Shown piece by piece: positions 51,328 to 60,944 of a DNA stretch of 64,000 nt. Source of the DNA: an uncultured Methanomicrobiales archaeon (GTDB lineage Archaea; Halobacteriota; Methanomicrobia; Methanomicrobiales; Methanospirillaceae); the NCBI GenBank assembly GCA_963758915.1, contig CAVWXH010000003.1:96001-160000 (forward strand). Reading direction: 5' to 3'. Both the position numbers and the translations under genes were made by a program. The notes below the pieces were generated by a model. It did not search any database and was not told the origin of the DNA. It saw only the letters and a list, made by a program, of their open reading frames with translations. Each line of letters starts with the position of its first letter. The stretch's first letter is position 1.

Positions 51328-52581
51328 TCACACCCTGATCCTGTCTGCGCATGCGTCCATCTTTTCCCTGAAATCTTTCAGAAACACTAAAACCCGCTCG
51401 GCGGTATCCTTCTTGCACTGCCCGCAGGTGACCTCGCCGGCGGTGCACTTCTGCCGTATCTCTGCAAGCTCTGCGTCGTCTGTTACCATGTGGAAGAGGT
51501 TGAGGAGGAAGATCGAACATTGTTCTGGCTCACCGCCAAGGCGTTTCTGCTCTTCCAGGGTCATCCTTCCGCCAGTGATCCCACTCATCACCTTCTTTCT
51601 CACCGTGACCTCGGGCTCGTAGAAGGAGATGATGCTCTCCGGGACGCTCGAGGACATCTTCCCACCAGTGAGGCCCGGCATGAAGATATGGTACGTGGAC
51701 GAGGGGGTGTAGAAGGCAAACCCGCCGTGTGCCCGCTCGATCTCCCGCACCCTTGCGGCAACATCGGTGCATTGCGCCCCCCTGATATCGACATGCCCTG
51801 TGTACTTCTTCGCGTGCGGGAATGCTTTCCTAACCGCCTCAAGCGCTTCTTCAGGAGCATTTTTAGAACGGACACTGATATAACCATCCCGTTCCTCAAC
51901 CGTGAACATCCGCATCTTGTGGGCGATTCCCCGGGTGAGCCGTATATGCGGGTCCTGGTCAATGCCTACTGGCACGAGGGTCGGTGCCGGCTCACGGTCG
52001 ATTTGCGGGTAGAGGATGTCGGCAACCTGCGTAATCACGCTGTCAGCGTGTGCGAGGTCGGTATCGGCTCCAAACCCATAAATTGCCGCGAGTTCCGAGA
52101 AGTTCACCTTGGTCGCCGCCTCGAAGGCAAGGTCCTTGAGCCGGTCGTTTTTGCTCTGGGAGTAGGTCTGTCCTTCAAACCCGAGTGCATAGAGGCAGGA
52201 GAGGTACTCCTTCCCGAACTCATTGCATTTCTCCCACGGGAGGCCGCGGACCGCATGGGCTTCGCGGTCAGCAATGGTGATGTAGCCGTTGCCTCCCTGC
52301 CGGACGTGCCATACGACCTCTTTCATCACCATCAGGTGACCGAGGTGCGGGTGGCCGGATGGCATGAACCCGGTCAGGATATGAAACTGGCGCCGGTTGT
52401 GTATTGCTTCAGCGATCACCTGGTAATCACGGTGACCGAGAACGATCCCCCGGCGAATAAAATACGGGACTTCGGGAAGGTTACTGATTGCATTCCCAAT
52501 CGGTGAAATGCCAAATTCAGAGAATGTTTTCTCGATCTCAAGCGACGGCTGACTCGACCATGGGTTGATCTCCGGGGACAT
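51328..52581 (-). CDS. trpS: Tryptophan--tRNA ligase
   Basis: TGFMPSG.PHLGH, VPVGIDQDPH and GKMSSS. Confidence 0.95.
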   Translation of the reverse strand: MSPEINPWSSQPSLEIEKTFSEFGISPIGNAISNLPEVPYFIRRGIVLGHRDYQVIAEAIHNRRQFHILTGFMPSGHPHLGHLMVMKEVVWHVRQGGNGYITIADREAHAVRGLPWEKCNEFGKEYLSCLYALGFEGQTYSQSKNDRLKDLAFEAATKVNFSELAAIYGFGADTDLAHADSVITQVADILYPQIDREPAPTLVPVGIDQDPHIRLTRGIAHKMRMFTVEERDGYISVRSKNAPEEALEAVRKAFPHAKKYTGHVDIRGAQCTDVAARVREIERAHGGFAFYTPSSTYHIFMPGLTGGKMSSSVPESIISFYEPEVTVRKKVMSGITGGRMTLEEQKRLGGEPEQCSIFLLNLFHMVTDDAELAEIRQKCTAGEVTCGQCKKDTAERVLVFLKDFREKMDACADRIRV

Positions 52582-52636
52582 AAGGCGGGCACGTTTCCTT
52601 TCTGTTTTATGATGCGTATCGGATCATCTGCATATA

Positions 52637-53791
52637 TCAGAGTTTTATCCGGGCAAATTCGATATAATGAATGCCTGCAGTATGTACGCAGCCAAACAAC
52701 ATCTTCTTTTTCACACTGTGCGAGAGGCGGACTGAACGGGAAATGGTGCTCATCGGCATTGCCCCGGCGGTGGCAACAGCGTGCACGAGCATCTCAGAGT
52801 GGACCTTTGTCCCGGTATACACCCTGAAATGGTGCCCGAACTTGTAACCGGTCTTCGGGGTATAGCCGTGCGCACGCAGATCACTGTAGACCAGTACCTT
52901 TTCCCCCATTTCCAGGTCTGAAATTGTTGCAATCTCAAGGTATTCGTCCATGGTAACGGGTTTTCCCTCGCAGAGAAGCACGAGGAGCCCTGCCTGCATC
53001 AGGTAAAGGGTCTCGAGCGATGACAGGACTAACCGTGTACGGTCGAACCGCATGCCGAACGAGCCGGTCAGGGAACCGGAAGATCCCGGGATCGGGGTTT
53101 CGGAAGATACGCAGGGGAGGTCGGAGGTTGTCCTCTCCTGTATACCCTGCCGGGATACTGCTGATGAGGTCCCGGATCCTTGACCCGGTGGTAAATCATC
53201 CGCCGGCGGGACACCTCTCATGTCATCAGGGGCAGGAAGAACGGCGGATCTTCCAAATAACGTACCTTTCAAAGGGCCAGGGGTCACGGGAGGTCCGATC
53301 TCAGGGAGGGACTGAACTTTGATCTCGTAGTAGGTGAGTTCATTTTCGTCATCAACCACAGCGAGAACGTGTTGTTTTCTCATATGGGCAGATGCTGAAA
53401 ACTCCCGTACCAGTACACCGAAATCGATCATATCACGTTCTGAAAGGACACGGACCATGTACTTCGACTGCCCGGTACCGGGCCGTTCTCCCCGGCGAAA
53501 AACCCTGAAATCGTGGGGCCCGGTCTGTACCGCATACCCCCTCTCACGGAGGTCCCGGTACACGAGATAACTCCGCAGAAAGTTAGGTTCTGTTGTAAAC
53601 GCAGATAATAACCGTTCAAAATCATACCCGGGGATTTCAATACGGTTCCGGTGGATGAGATAGAGTGCCTCAACCGGGGCAAGGCGGAGCAGTGAGCCAT
53701 CCTTCTCCGGCCTTCCATACCCGCTCTGCTCGTAGAGAACCCTTGCATCTTTTCCAAGCCGGACTTCCTTACCGTCGAACTGCGCTTTCAC
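52637..53791 (-). CDS. endA: tRNA-intron endonuclease (alpha2 homodimeric type)
   Basis: Two endonuclease repeats: VYRDLRERGY and VYSDLRAHGYTPKTGYKFGHHFRVY..HSE..HSVKK; GTG start at 53791 assumed. Confidence 0.92.
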   Translation of the reverse strand: MKAQFDGKEVRLGKDARVLYEQSGYGRPEKDGSLLRLAPVEALYLIHRNRIEIPGYDFERLLSAFTTEPNFLRSYLVYRDLRERGYAVQTGPHDFRVFRRGERPGTGQSKYMVRVLSERDMIDFGVLVREFSASAHMRKQHVLAVVDDENELTYYEIKVQSLPEIGPPVTPGPLKGTLFGRSAVLPAPDDMRGVPPADDLPPGQGSGTSSAVSRQGIQERTTSDLPCVSSETPIPGSSGSLTGSFGMRFDRTRLVLSSLETLYLMQAGLLVLLCEGKPVTMDEYLEIATISDLEMGEKVLVYSDLRAHGYTPKTGYKFGHHFRVYTGTKVHSEMLVHAVATAGAMPMSTISRSVRLSHSVKKKMLFGCVHTAGIHYIEFARIKL

Positions 53792-54021
53792 GTCCAGTAT
53801 GAATACGTTGTATTCCTTTATAAGTGACAACACCGCCGGACGAAGGGTTTGCCGCTGCCCGGAATGCAGGCGTCCCTGTTTTCAGGGGCTGATTACACAT
53901 TTTTTTCTTGGCTCTTTCCGGACCTCTAAATCAAAACCCTGCTGATTTACAGTCCTTCATCCATACAATATAAGTCTGGGCATCCATTCCGCGACCGGCG
54001 GGTATCCCCCTTGCGGGCGCA

Positions 54022-54642
54022 CTATGATTTCCGGGTTGCATGAAGATACCCGAGGAGCCCGAGCGGGGCCTGGCTCGGCATATAATCGATCTGGAAATGG
54101 TAATTATTGCTGATATAATCAAGGAACCGGGGATTGGGAGGGCCGCTGATGGGGGGAAGATGGAGTTCCATTTCTATCCGGCGGATACCCGCAAGCTCAT
54201 GAGGATCTATCAGCCACTCTGCCCCTTCACAATCACATTTAAGAAAATCGCACCCTCCGGTCATTCCGATAAGCGTTTTCAATGTAACGGTCTGCATGTT
54301 CCTGCTTACCCCGTCCCAGGTAATACCGGTAACATTCCCGCACCCTAATGCACAATCCAGGACTGTTACAGAAACCCCGTTCAGTCTGATGTTTTTCTTC
54401 AGGATTTCCTGGGTAAGGGGTTCGACCGCGTAGACAAAATCAGAATAATATGCCGCCCTGATACAGAAGGCACCGACATTTGCACCGATATCAACAACGA
54501 TATCATCCTTCCTGATATCGGAAAACCGGTATTCGGGAACTTCTAAAATCTGGCGGTACCCGGCGGGCACATTTATAAACTGGATATGGTCACGCGCAAC
54601 GGTAACGGGTGGTTCAGGACCTTGCTCACAAAAATCTTTCAT
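54022..54642 (-). CDS. FkbM family methyltransferase
   Basis: VVDIGANVGAF, AVEP and LKCDCEGAE. Confidence 0.85.
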   Translation of the reverse strand: MKDFCEQGPEPPVTVARDHIQFINVPAGYRQILEVPEYRFSDIRKDDIVVDIGANVGAFCIRAAYYSDFVYAVEPLTQEILKKNIRLNGVSVTVLDCALGCGNVTGITWDGVSRNMQTVTLKTLIGMTGGCDFLKCDCEGAEWLIDPHELAGIRRIEMELHLPPISGPPNPRFLDYISNNYHFQIDYMPSQAPLGLLGYLHATRKS

Positions 54643-54724
54643 ATCCCCGGCATCCGGACGGGTCGGGGTATTGTCAGCCCCGATATTCCGAACAGCAGTG
54701 TTTTCCGATCCGGGACGCACAGTT

Positions 54725-55615
54725 TTAATCTCCTGCGGGTTTAATAGCCTGTTTTTCCTTAATAAAGGTCCCGTTGCGATATTCAAAAAATGCCTGCCGG
54801 AGCTCTTCCTGCGTATTCATTACAATCGGACCGCCCCAGGCAACAGGCTCCCGGAGGGGCTTCCCGGTGAAAAGCAGGAACCTGAATGGCCCTTTATGAG
54901 AAACGGCATTCACCAGGTTACCATCTCCGAAGAGAAGCAGATCACGGTTTTCGACGGGAGTCCCGGGAATATCCCCGAAAATACCTGCCCCGCCGATCAC
55001 GTAGGCAACCACGGTATCTCCATTTCGTACCGGGCAGGTGAACTCCGCCCCGTCTTCCATGCTGATATCAAAATAGGAAGGGGAGGTGATGATATCCTGC
55101 ACCGGTCCTTTCACCCCGCCTAGTTCACCGCAGAGGACCTTTACCAAAACCCCCGGTGAAGGCGTTGCGGTTGGTACCTTTCGGTCTTTGACCTCCTGGT
55201 AACGGGGCCCCATCATTTTATGGGACTTTGGCAGGTTCACCCAGAGTTGAAACCCACCCATCCGGCCATGTACGGCCTTTGGCATTTCCTGGTGAATAAT
55301 CCCCGACCCGGCAGTCATCCACTGGATATCCCCGGCACCTACAACCCCGGAATTCCCCATGCTATCCCCGTGTTCAACTTTTCCTTCAAGCATATAGGTA
55401 ACGGTCTCGATACCGCGGTGCGGATGCCAGGGGAACCCGGGAAGGTAATCATGGGGGTCATCACCGGCACGGAAATCGTCAAGCATAAGGAACGGGTCAA
55501 AACGTGGGGCTTCGCCATAACCGAATGCCCGGTGAAGGTGTACCCCAGCCCCTTCAATGGTTGCATATGCCCGCAATACCTGTCCGACATGCCTCACCTG
55601 TACCATACAGGACAA
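54725..55615 (-). CDS. Pirin family protein
   Basis: EGAG, DPFLMLD, GFPWHPHRGIETVTY, QWMTAGSGIIHQE and GPIVMNT. Confidence 0.93.
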   Translation of the reverse strand: MSCMVQVRHVGQVLRAYATIEGAGVHLHRAFGYGEAPRFDPFLMLDDFRAGDDPHDYLPGFPWHPHRGIETVTYMLEGKVEHGDSMGNSGVVGAGDIQWMTAGSGIIHQEMPKAVHGRMGGFQLWVNLPKSHKMMGPRYQEVKDRKVPTATPSPGVLVKVLCGELGGVKGPVQDIITSPSYFDISMEDGAEFTCPVRNGDTVVAYVIGGAGIFGDIPGTPVENRDLLLFGDGNLVNAVSHKGPFRFLLFTGKPLREPVAWGGPIVMNTQEELRQAFFEYRNGTFIKEKQAIKPAGD

Positions 55616-55699
55616 GGGGATTATTATCCCATGAATTTTTGTATTGAAATTATACCCTTTTTTTGCAGGCTGACCGTTGGGAATTGGAACGGGGCCGGT

Positions 55700-56768
55700 T
55701 CATTCCCCTCTCCCATAATGCATGGTAAAAAGCGCAAGGTACTCATCGGCATAACAGGTTGAATCACACCGGATAGTAAATTCAGGGCCGAGTTGTGAAG
55801 AGAAGAGCTCATTCCACTGGCTTCGCAGCATGTGGTAATCGGTGCGTACCCCTCTCTTTTGGGTCATGATGGAGACCAGTTCGGTCATCAGGAACGAGTC
55901 CACGCAGTCAGTGACCACGTCAACGGGAGCATCGTGGGCATAGACAAAGTCAATAATTCTCCCGTAGGACTGGTACACGGATACGGCAAGATCCGGTGAA
56001 TAGAGTTCGGGAAAATCGTTGTTTGCATCGAGCTCAAAAAGCAGGAAATGGTTAATCCATGGTTTTAACTGGGAAATATTGGCCCTTTTATCACAGGCAG
56101 GCATGTGGTGATAGGCCAGCGAGTCTGAGTGCAATATCATAGCGGTGGTCGATACGGCAGGAAAAATCCTGGATCCTGCAGTTTTCGGTCCTGATAAGGG
56201 TGTCGGGAAAGGCATCGGTAACAGTATTTTTTGCAAGGTTTATCATGGCTTCTGAAGGGTCTACCAGCAGTACTTCCCGGAGTTCGTCTATCCTCCCGAT
56301 ATCCAGCAGGTGGGAGAGGAGCCGGACGGTCAGTGCACCGTCCCCGCACCCGATATCCATGAAGGAGATGGGTTTCGTAAACCTTGGCAGCGTATGACCG
56401 GCCTGCCGGATGAAGTTCGTACGTGCCTTCATCATGACAGGGACACTGGCAAAGTGAATAAATGGCCGGGGGTCTTCAAATGCAAGGGCGGGCATAATAA
56501 GTTCACCGTTGTGTCGTTCCAGGAACCCAAGAAGAAACGTGGATGAAAACAACCCGTCCTCTTCATTCAGCGCCCCGGAACGGAGCCATTCAACAGCCAG
56601 GCGGTTGTTCCCCCTGGCTGCAAGGAGTGTCCCTGCATAAAAATGAAAGGCGGACTTGAGGTTTTCCCGGACATCCCCAATGAAAGAACCGGGGGGGATA
56701 TTCTCTTTTAAAATGTCACGGGAGAATCCAGCCCATTGTTTTTTTTCGTTTTCTGATAGAAACAGCAT
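55700..56768 (-). pseudogene. Class I SAM methyltransferase with helical N-terminal extension, split by a frameshift near 56120
   Basis: MDIGCGDG and LLVDPSEAM in ORF 56091-56768; SLAYHHMP...LFELDAN continuation in ORF 55700-56236. Confidence 0.7.
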
Positions 56769-56953
56769 AGTTCACCCTTGTCCCTGGAATGGGGAGTTAC
56801 TGCACCTGATGTTTTTAAACTGATTTTTCAGGACTCATAAGCATTTGGAAGTGTCACGCTATTGTTGCTGTACCAGACGGTCCGGAAAAAGAAACCAGCA
56901 CCATTTTAAAAAACACGGGCCAAGAATTTATATAAATAATTCGGGTAACCGGT

Positions 56954-57880
56954 GTGAATGTACTAATTCTCGGGGCAGGGGCAGTGGGTCTTGGAATCGC
57001 TGCAAAACTATCAGAAGTAGTCGGGGTAACAGCATTAACCAGGGAGGGGCCTGCAGGGACCATTGCAGAACATGGCCTTACACTTGAAGGGGCATGGGGT
57101 AACGGAACATACAGGTTCCCCTGCAGCAGCAAGCCGCCGGCTGGCGTGCATTTTGATTATATCCTGATCACCACGAAGGCCTATAGTACACAGGAGTTGT
57201 GCAGGTGTTATGCGGGATTGCTCCGGAATTCCGAAGTGGTCAGTCTGCAGAACGGCCTCGGGTCCGAGGAAATAATCTCGGGTTTCACGGAAAGCGTGAT
57301 TGGGAGCGTCGTTATGACGGGTTTCATACGCCGGGATGAGCACTGTGTGCATGTTACTGCAAACGCCGGAGAGACCATTTTTGGAAGATTCCCCGTTGGA
57401 ATGGACAAATCAGTTCAACAACTGGTAGAAATTTTTTCAGAGGCGGGTATCCCTGCGAGGGGAGTCGTTGATATTAAAAGCAATTTGTGGTCTAAAAACC
57501 TTATCAGTTGCACGTTAAACCCGATTAGTGCGGTCCTGGGAGTCAGGTATGGTATGCTTACCCGGGATCCGGGCTGGCAGATCATCGAAGGCATTACACG
57601 CGAGGTTTTCCTGGTTGCTGGTGCAGAAGGAGTGCCCCTCCTGTGGGAAAACCCGGAGGACTACCTGGCGTACCTGAAAAATGAACTCATCCCGGTTATG
57701 TCCACCCATACCTCTTCGATGCTGCAGGATATCACATTCAGGAGAAGGACAGAGGTCGGTTTCATGAACGGGGCCATCAGCAGGTTTGGAGAAAAACACG
57801 GGATAGCAACCCCTTACAACGAATGCCTGACGAACCTTGTGCATTTCAGGGAGCAGGAACACATGGAACCCGGGGTTTGA
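56954..57880 (+). CDS. panE: 2-dehydropantoate 2-reductase (ketopantoate reductase)
   Basis: GAGAVG, TTKAY, LQNGLG, W.K, SSMLQD...RRTEV..MNG. Confidence 0.88.
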   Translation: MNVLILGAGAVGLGIAAKLSEVVGVTALTREGPAGTIAEHGLTLEGAWGNGTYRFPCSSKPPAGVHFDYILITTKAYSTQELCRCYAGLLRNSEVVSLQNGLGSEEIISGFTESVIGSVVMTGFIRRDEHCVHVTANAGETIFGRFPVGMDKSVQQLVEIFSEAGIPARGVVDIKSNLWSKNLISCTLNPISAVLGVRYGMLTRDPGWQIIEGITREVFLVAGAEGVPLLWENPEDYLAYLKNELIPVMSTHTSSMLQDITFRRRTEVGFMNGAISRFGEKHGIATPYNECLTNLVHFREQEHMEPGV

Positions 57881-57889
57881 AGCGGCCTG

Positions 57890-58927
57890 CTATTTTAAAA
57901 ATTTTAATACCGTCGCAGCCCACGTGAATCCGATAGCACTTCCCGCGAGCACCACGAGATTCCCCGGCAGCACCCGCCTTTCTTCACGTGCCATGGCGAG
58001 AGCAAACAGGGTATCCACAGAACCCATATGTCCGTACTCTTTCATCGTTATCATAGTCCGGACCGGGTCAAGGCTGAGACCTGCCATGATATTTGCTGTC
58101 AGGCTCCGTTTGACCTGGTTCATGAACAGGTGATCAATATCACGGGAAGAATACCCGCTTTTTCTCAGTGCTTCGTTGATGATATACAGGTAATTTTTCA
58201 GGTAGATACGGGAAAAGATCTGGTCGAGACCTGCCGGGTCATCCACACATAAAAAATAGTCATTTTCATGAAGTGGAGGTTCTGACGGGGGGTTCTTCGT
58301 CCCTCCGTGGGGGATTTTTACATGATCAACGAGCGTTCCATCTGTAATACCGGCATACGCGAGGAACCGGTTACTTTCATTGTTTTTACGAAGGACCGCT
58401 GCCGCTGCCCCGTCTGCAAATGAGAAACCGGATAGAGAACCTGGGTCCCGGTAATTGATTGTCATGGAGAGCTTCTCGCTACATACCACAAGGGCATACT
58501 CTTTCTCAGGATCGCCAAGCAGGAGCTCTTTTGCGGTATGCAACCCAAGGTTTCCGCCATTGCAACCGTTCCTGATCTCAAACGCGTATGCATTTTTTGC
58601 ACCTGTTTTGTCCTGTATTTTTGCAGCAGGCGACCAGAACCGGTAATCATAGTAGCCGAGACCGCAATATGCCACAAGGTCAAGCTCCCGTGGATCTATC
58701 CCTGCATCTTCAATCGCATTATTTGCTGCATGAACCCCCATTTCTGCAGGATGAAGGCCAGGGCCGGCGATATGTTTCCTCTCGATCCCTATCTTCTCCA
58801 GAAACACGGATTCGGGGATCCCGGAACGCCTGGACATCTCCTTGCTCGTAAGGATGCCGTCGGGAATGAAATATCCCATTCCTGAAATACCGACAGTATC
58901 CCGGTAGGAAGGCCCTTGTACAGACAT
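57890..58927 (-). CDS. FabH/KAS III-like thiolase-fold condensing enzyme
   Basis: KIGIERK, catalytic NGCNGG, FADGAAA, YGHMGS and GFTW. Confidence 0.85.
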   Translation of the reverse strand: MSVQGPSYRDTVGISGMGYFIPDGILTSKEMSRRSGIPESVFLEKIGIERKHIAGPGLHPAEMGVHAANNAIEDAGIDPRELDLVAYCGLGYYDYRFWSPAAKIQDKTGAKNAYAFEIRNGCNGGNLGLHTAKELLLGDPEKEYALVVCSEKLSMTINYRDPGSLSGFSFADGAAAAVLRKNNESNRFLAYAGITDGTLVDHVKIPHGGTKNPPSEPPLHENDYFLCVDDPAGLDQIFSRIYLKNYLYIINEALRKSGYSSRDIDHLFMNQVKRSLTANIMAGLSLDPVRTMITMKEYGHMGSVDTLFALAMAREERRVLPGNLVVLAGSAIGFTWAATVLKFLK

Positions 58928-59114
58928 GTATCACCAGTTCCGGTACAACCCATGTTGTTTTCCGGTGTTAGTATGAATATTCCCGGGATGCGTCATAAAA
59001 ACAGCGGGTTCACTCCATTTCCGGCCTTTAAATTGTCCGATCCATGTTTTTCCCCGACAACTTTATGACCTGCGGGTTTTTCTACCGGTCTCTTCAGATC
59101 GGGGAATTTTTATC

Positions 59115-60515
59115 ATGAACAATAGATCTGTGTTCATGGAAATCAACATCCTCCAAAGTCTGATCACGCTCTTCCAGATGATATGCGTGATCATCGTTTT
59201 TGCATACCTTTTCACCAGGAGCAGGTATTTTCTTGAAGTCCTCGAACACCATCCCCGGCTCTCAACCCAGCTCCTCCTTATTGTTGTATTCGGGGCCCTG
59301 TCAGTGTACGGGACCATTAGCGGGGTTGTATTATACGGTGCAGTGCTCAATGTCCGTGACCTCGGACCTATTATTGCAGGGCTTACCTGTGGGCCCGTTG
59401 TAGGGGTTGGAGCAGGGCTTATCGGGGGTATATACCGGATGGCGCAGGGCGGGCCCTACATGTACACGGGATTCGTTGCCCCGGTCCTTGCAGGGCTTCT
59501 CAGCGGGATAGTCTATGTCGTGAATAAAAAGGAGCTGATTTCCAGTAAATATGCCGTTATTTTTACCATCCTCGTTGAATCGTTAATATCCCTCATAGCG
59601 ATCGTTGTCGCTACCCCGGCATCACAGGTCGTAATGATCATCACCGTCGTGGCAATACCGATGATTGCCATTAATGCGCTTGGAGTGTTCATTTTCACGA
59701 CCATCATCCACAACCTGCTGAACGAGCGGAAGACCCGCCGGGAGAAGGAAAAGCTTGAACACGAGATCGCAAGAAAGAACGCAGAACTTGAAATTGCCGC
59801 GGACATACAGCGCAGTTTTCTCCCTGAAACAATTCCCCAGATCAAAGGGTTTGATATTGCTGCGACCAGTCTTCCTGCAAAAGAGGTGGGGGGTGACTTT
59901 TTTGATGTCGTCCCCCTTGAAGTGATCCCGCTTTCCGAAAGTCGTATGGGCATACTGATTGCGGATGTTTCCGGGAAAGGGGTCCCTGCAGCCCTGTTCA
60001 TGGCTCTTTCCCGGGTTATTGTGCGGGTATCGTCCACCTGGTTTAAAATTCCATCAGAAATAATTGCCCATGCCAATGTAATTATTTCAGCTGATGCCAA
60101 GACAGGGATGTTTGTCACCCTTTTTTACGGGGTCCTCGATGAAAAAGAGAGGAAACTGACCTATGTCAATGCCGGTCATAACCCACCGATAATTTTTCGT
60201 GGGAACAGCGGAAAGACAGAGGAGCTTGAATCAACGGGTGTCGCTATAGGTATCATGGATGATGCGGCGTATTCACAGGCTGAAGTCGGACTCTCACCGG
60301 GGGATATCGTCCTTCTTTACACGGACGGTGTAACAGAGGCAATCAACGAGAATGAGGAGATGTTTGAAGTTGAACGCCTCATGGACACAATTACAGGTGC
60401 ACCTTCTGGTCAGGCAAGTGAGATTATGGAGAATGTTATCAGGGCAGTCTTTGCATTCAGCGGAAAGACACCCCAGTATGATGATATCACCCTGATGGTT
60501 GTCAAGGTGCTCTGA
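59115..60515 (+). CDS. 5TM-5TMR_LYT membrane sensor fused to SpoIIE/PP2C phosphatase
   Basis: LNVRDLGPIIAGL..GPVVG.GAGLIGG.YR (LytS-type); EVGGDFFD, DVSGKG.PAAL, NAGHNPP, YTDGVTEA and DDITL. Confidence 0.9.
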   Translation: MNNRSVFMEINILQSLITLFQMICVIIVFAYLFTRSRYFLEVLEHHPRLSTQLLLIVVFGALSVYGTISGVVLYGAVLNVRDLGPIIAGLTCGPVVGVGAGLIGGIYRMAQGGPYMYTGFVAPVLAGLLSGIVYVVNKKELISSKYAVIFTILVESLISLIAIVVATPASQVVMIITVVAIPMIAINALGVFIFTTIIHNLLNERKTRREKEKLEHEIARKNAELEIAADIQRSFLPETIPQIKGFDIAATSLPAKEVGGDFFDVVPLEVIPLSESRMGILIADVSGKGVPAALFMALSRVIVRVSSTWFKIPSEIIAHANVIISADAKTGMFVTLFYGVLDEKERKLTYVNAGHNPPIIFRGNSGKTEELESTGVAIGIMDDAAYSQAEVGLSPGDIVLLYTDGVTEAINENEEMFEVERLMDTITGAPSGQASEIMENVIRAVFAFSGKTPQYDDITLMVVKVL

Positions 60516-60541
60516 TTAGCCTGTAAAAAGACTATTTTTTT

Positions 60542-60798
60542 GCTCTGTTGAAAAGCTATAATAGGCACCCAGAATCCTGATTTTTCTGAAATTTATCTAC
60601 GCTCTCGGGGCTCACGCCCCGCCGCTCTGGAGACCCCGGTTGAGATAGAGACTATCCCCCAATACTCTGAAATTAATGAGCCTTCGGGAAACCCTGCCCG
60701 AAGAATATCTTAATGGGGGTGGGGCAGGGAGGGGGTGAAACCCCCTCCTGTCAAGGTAGCACCACTTGCTATAACACAATGCAGGATAACAGCAGAGC
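60542..60798 (+). mobile_element. Long (257 bp) TIR-bounded MITE-like element, copy M4 (degenerate right end, no module A)
   Basis: GCTCTGTTGAAA left end; interior closely similar to 62455-62605; right end AACAGCAGAGC. Confidence 0.7.
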
Positions 60799-60944
60799 CA
60801 TTTTTCCGGCAAATAGGGGCAGGGAGGGGCCCTTATAGTGTATTCCCCGATCCGCAGTCCTTTGTTCAGGCGGCATTTTTAATGGTAGCACCGGTGAGAC
60901 TGGCAGCTTTCACAGGCCCGTTCATTATCATTGAACTCCGGAAT

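Noticed and set aside
49872-52506. Long plus-strand ORFs (287 aa, 338 aa) opposite pheS and trpS, and similar shadow ORFs elsewhere
   Set aside because: Antisense shadows of well-supported genes in GC-rich coding sequence; no recognisable motifs.
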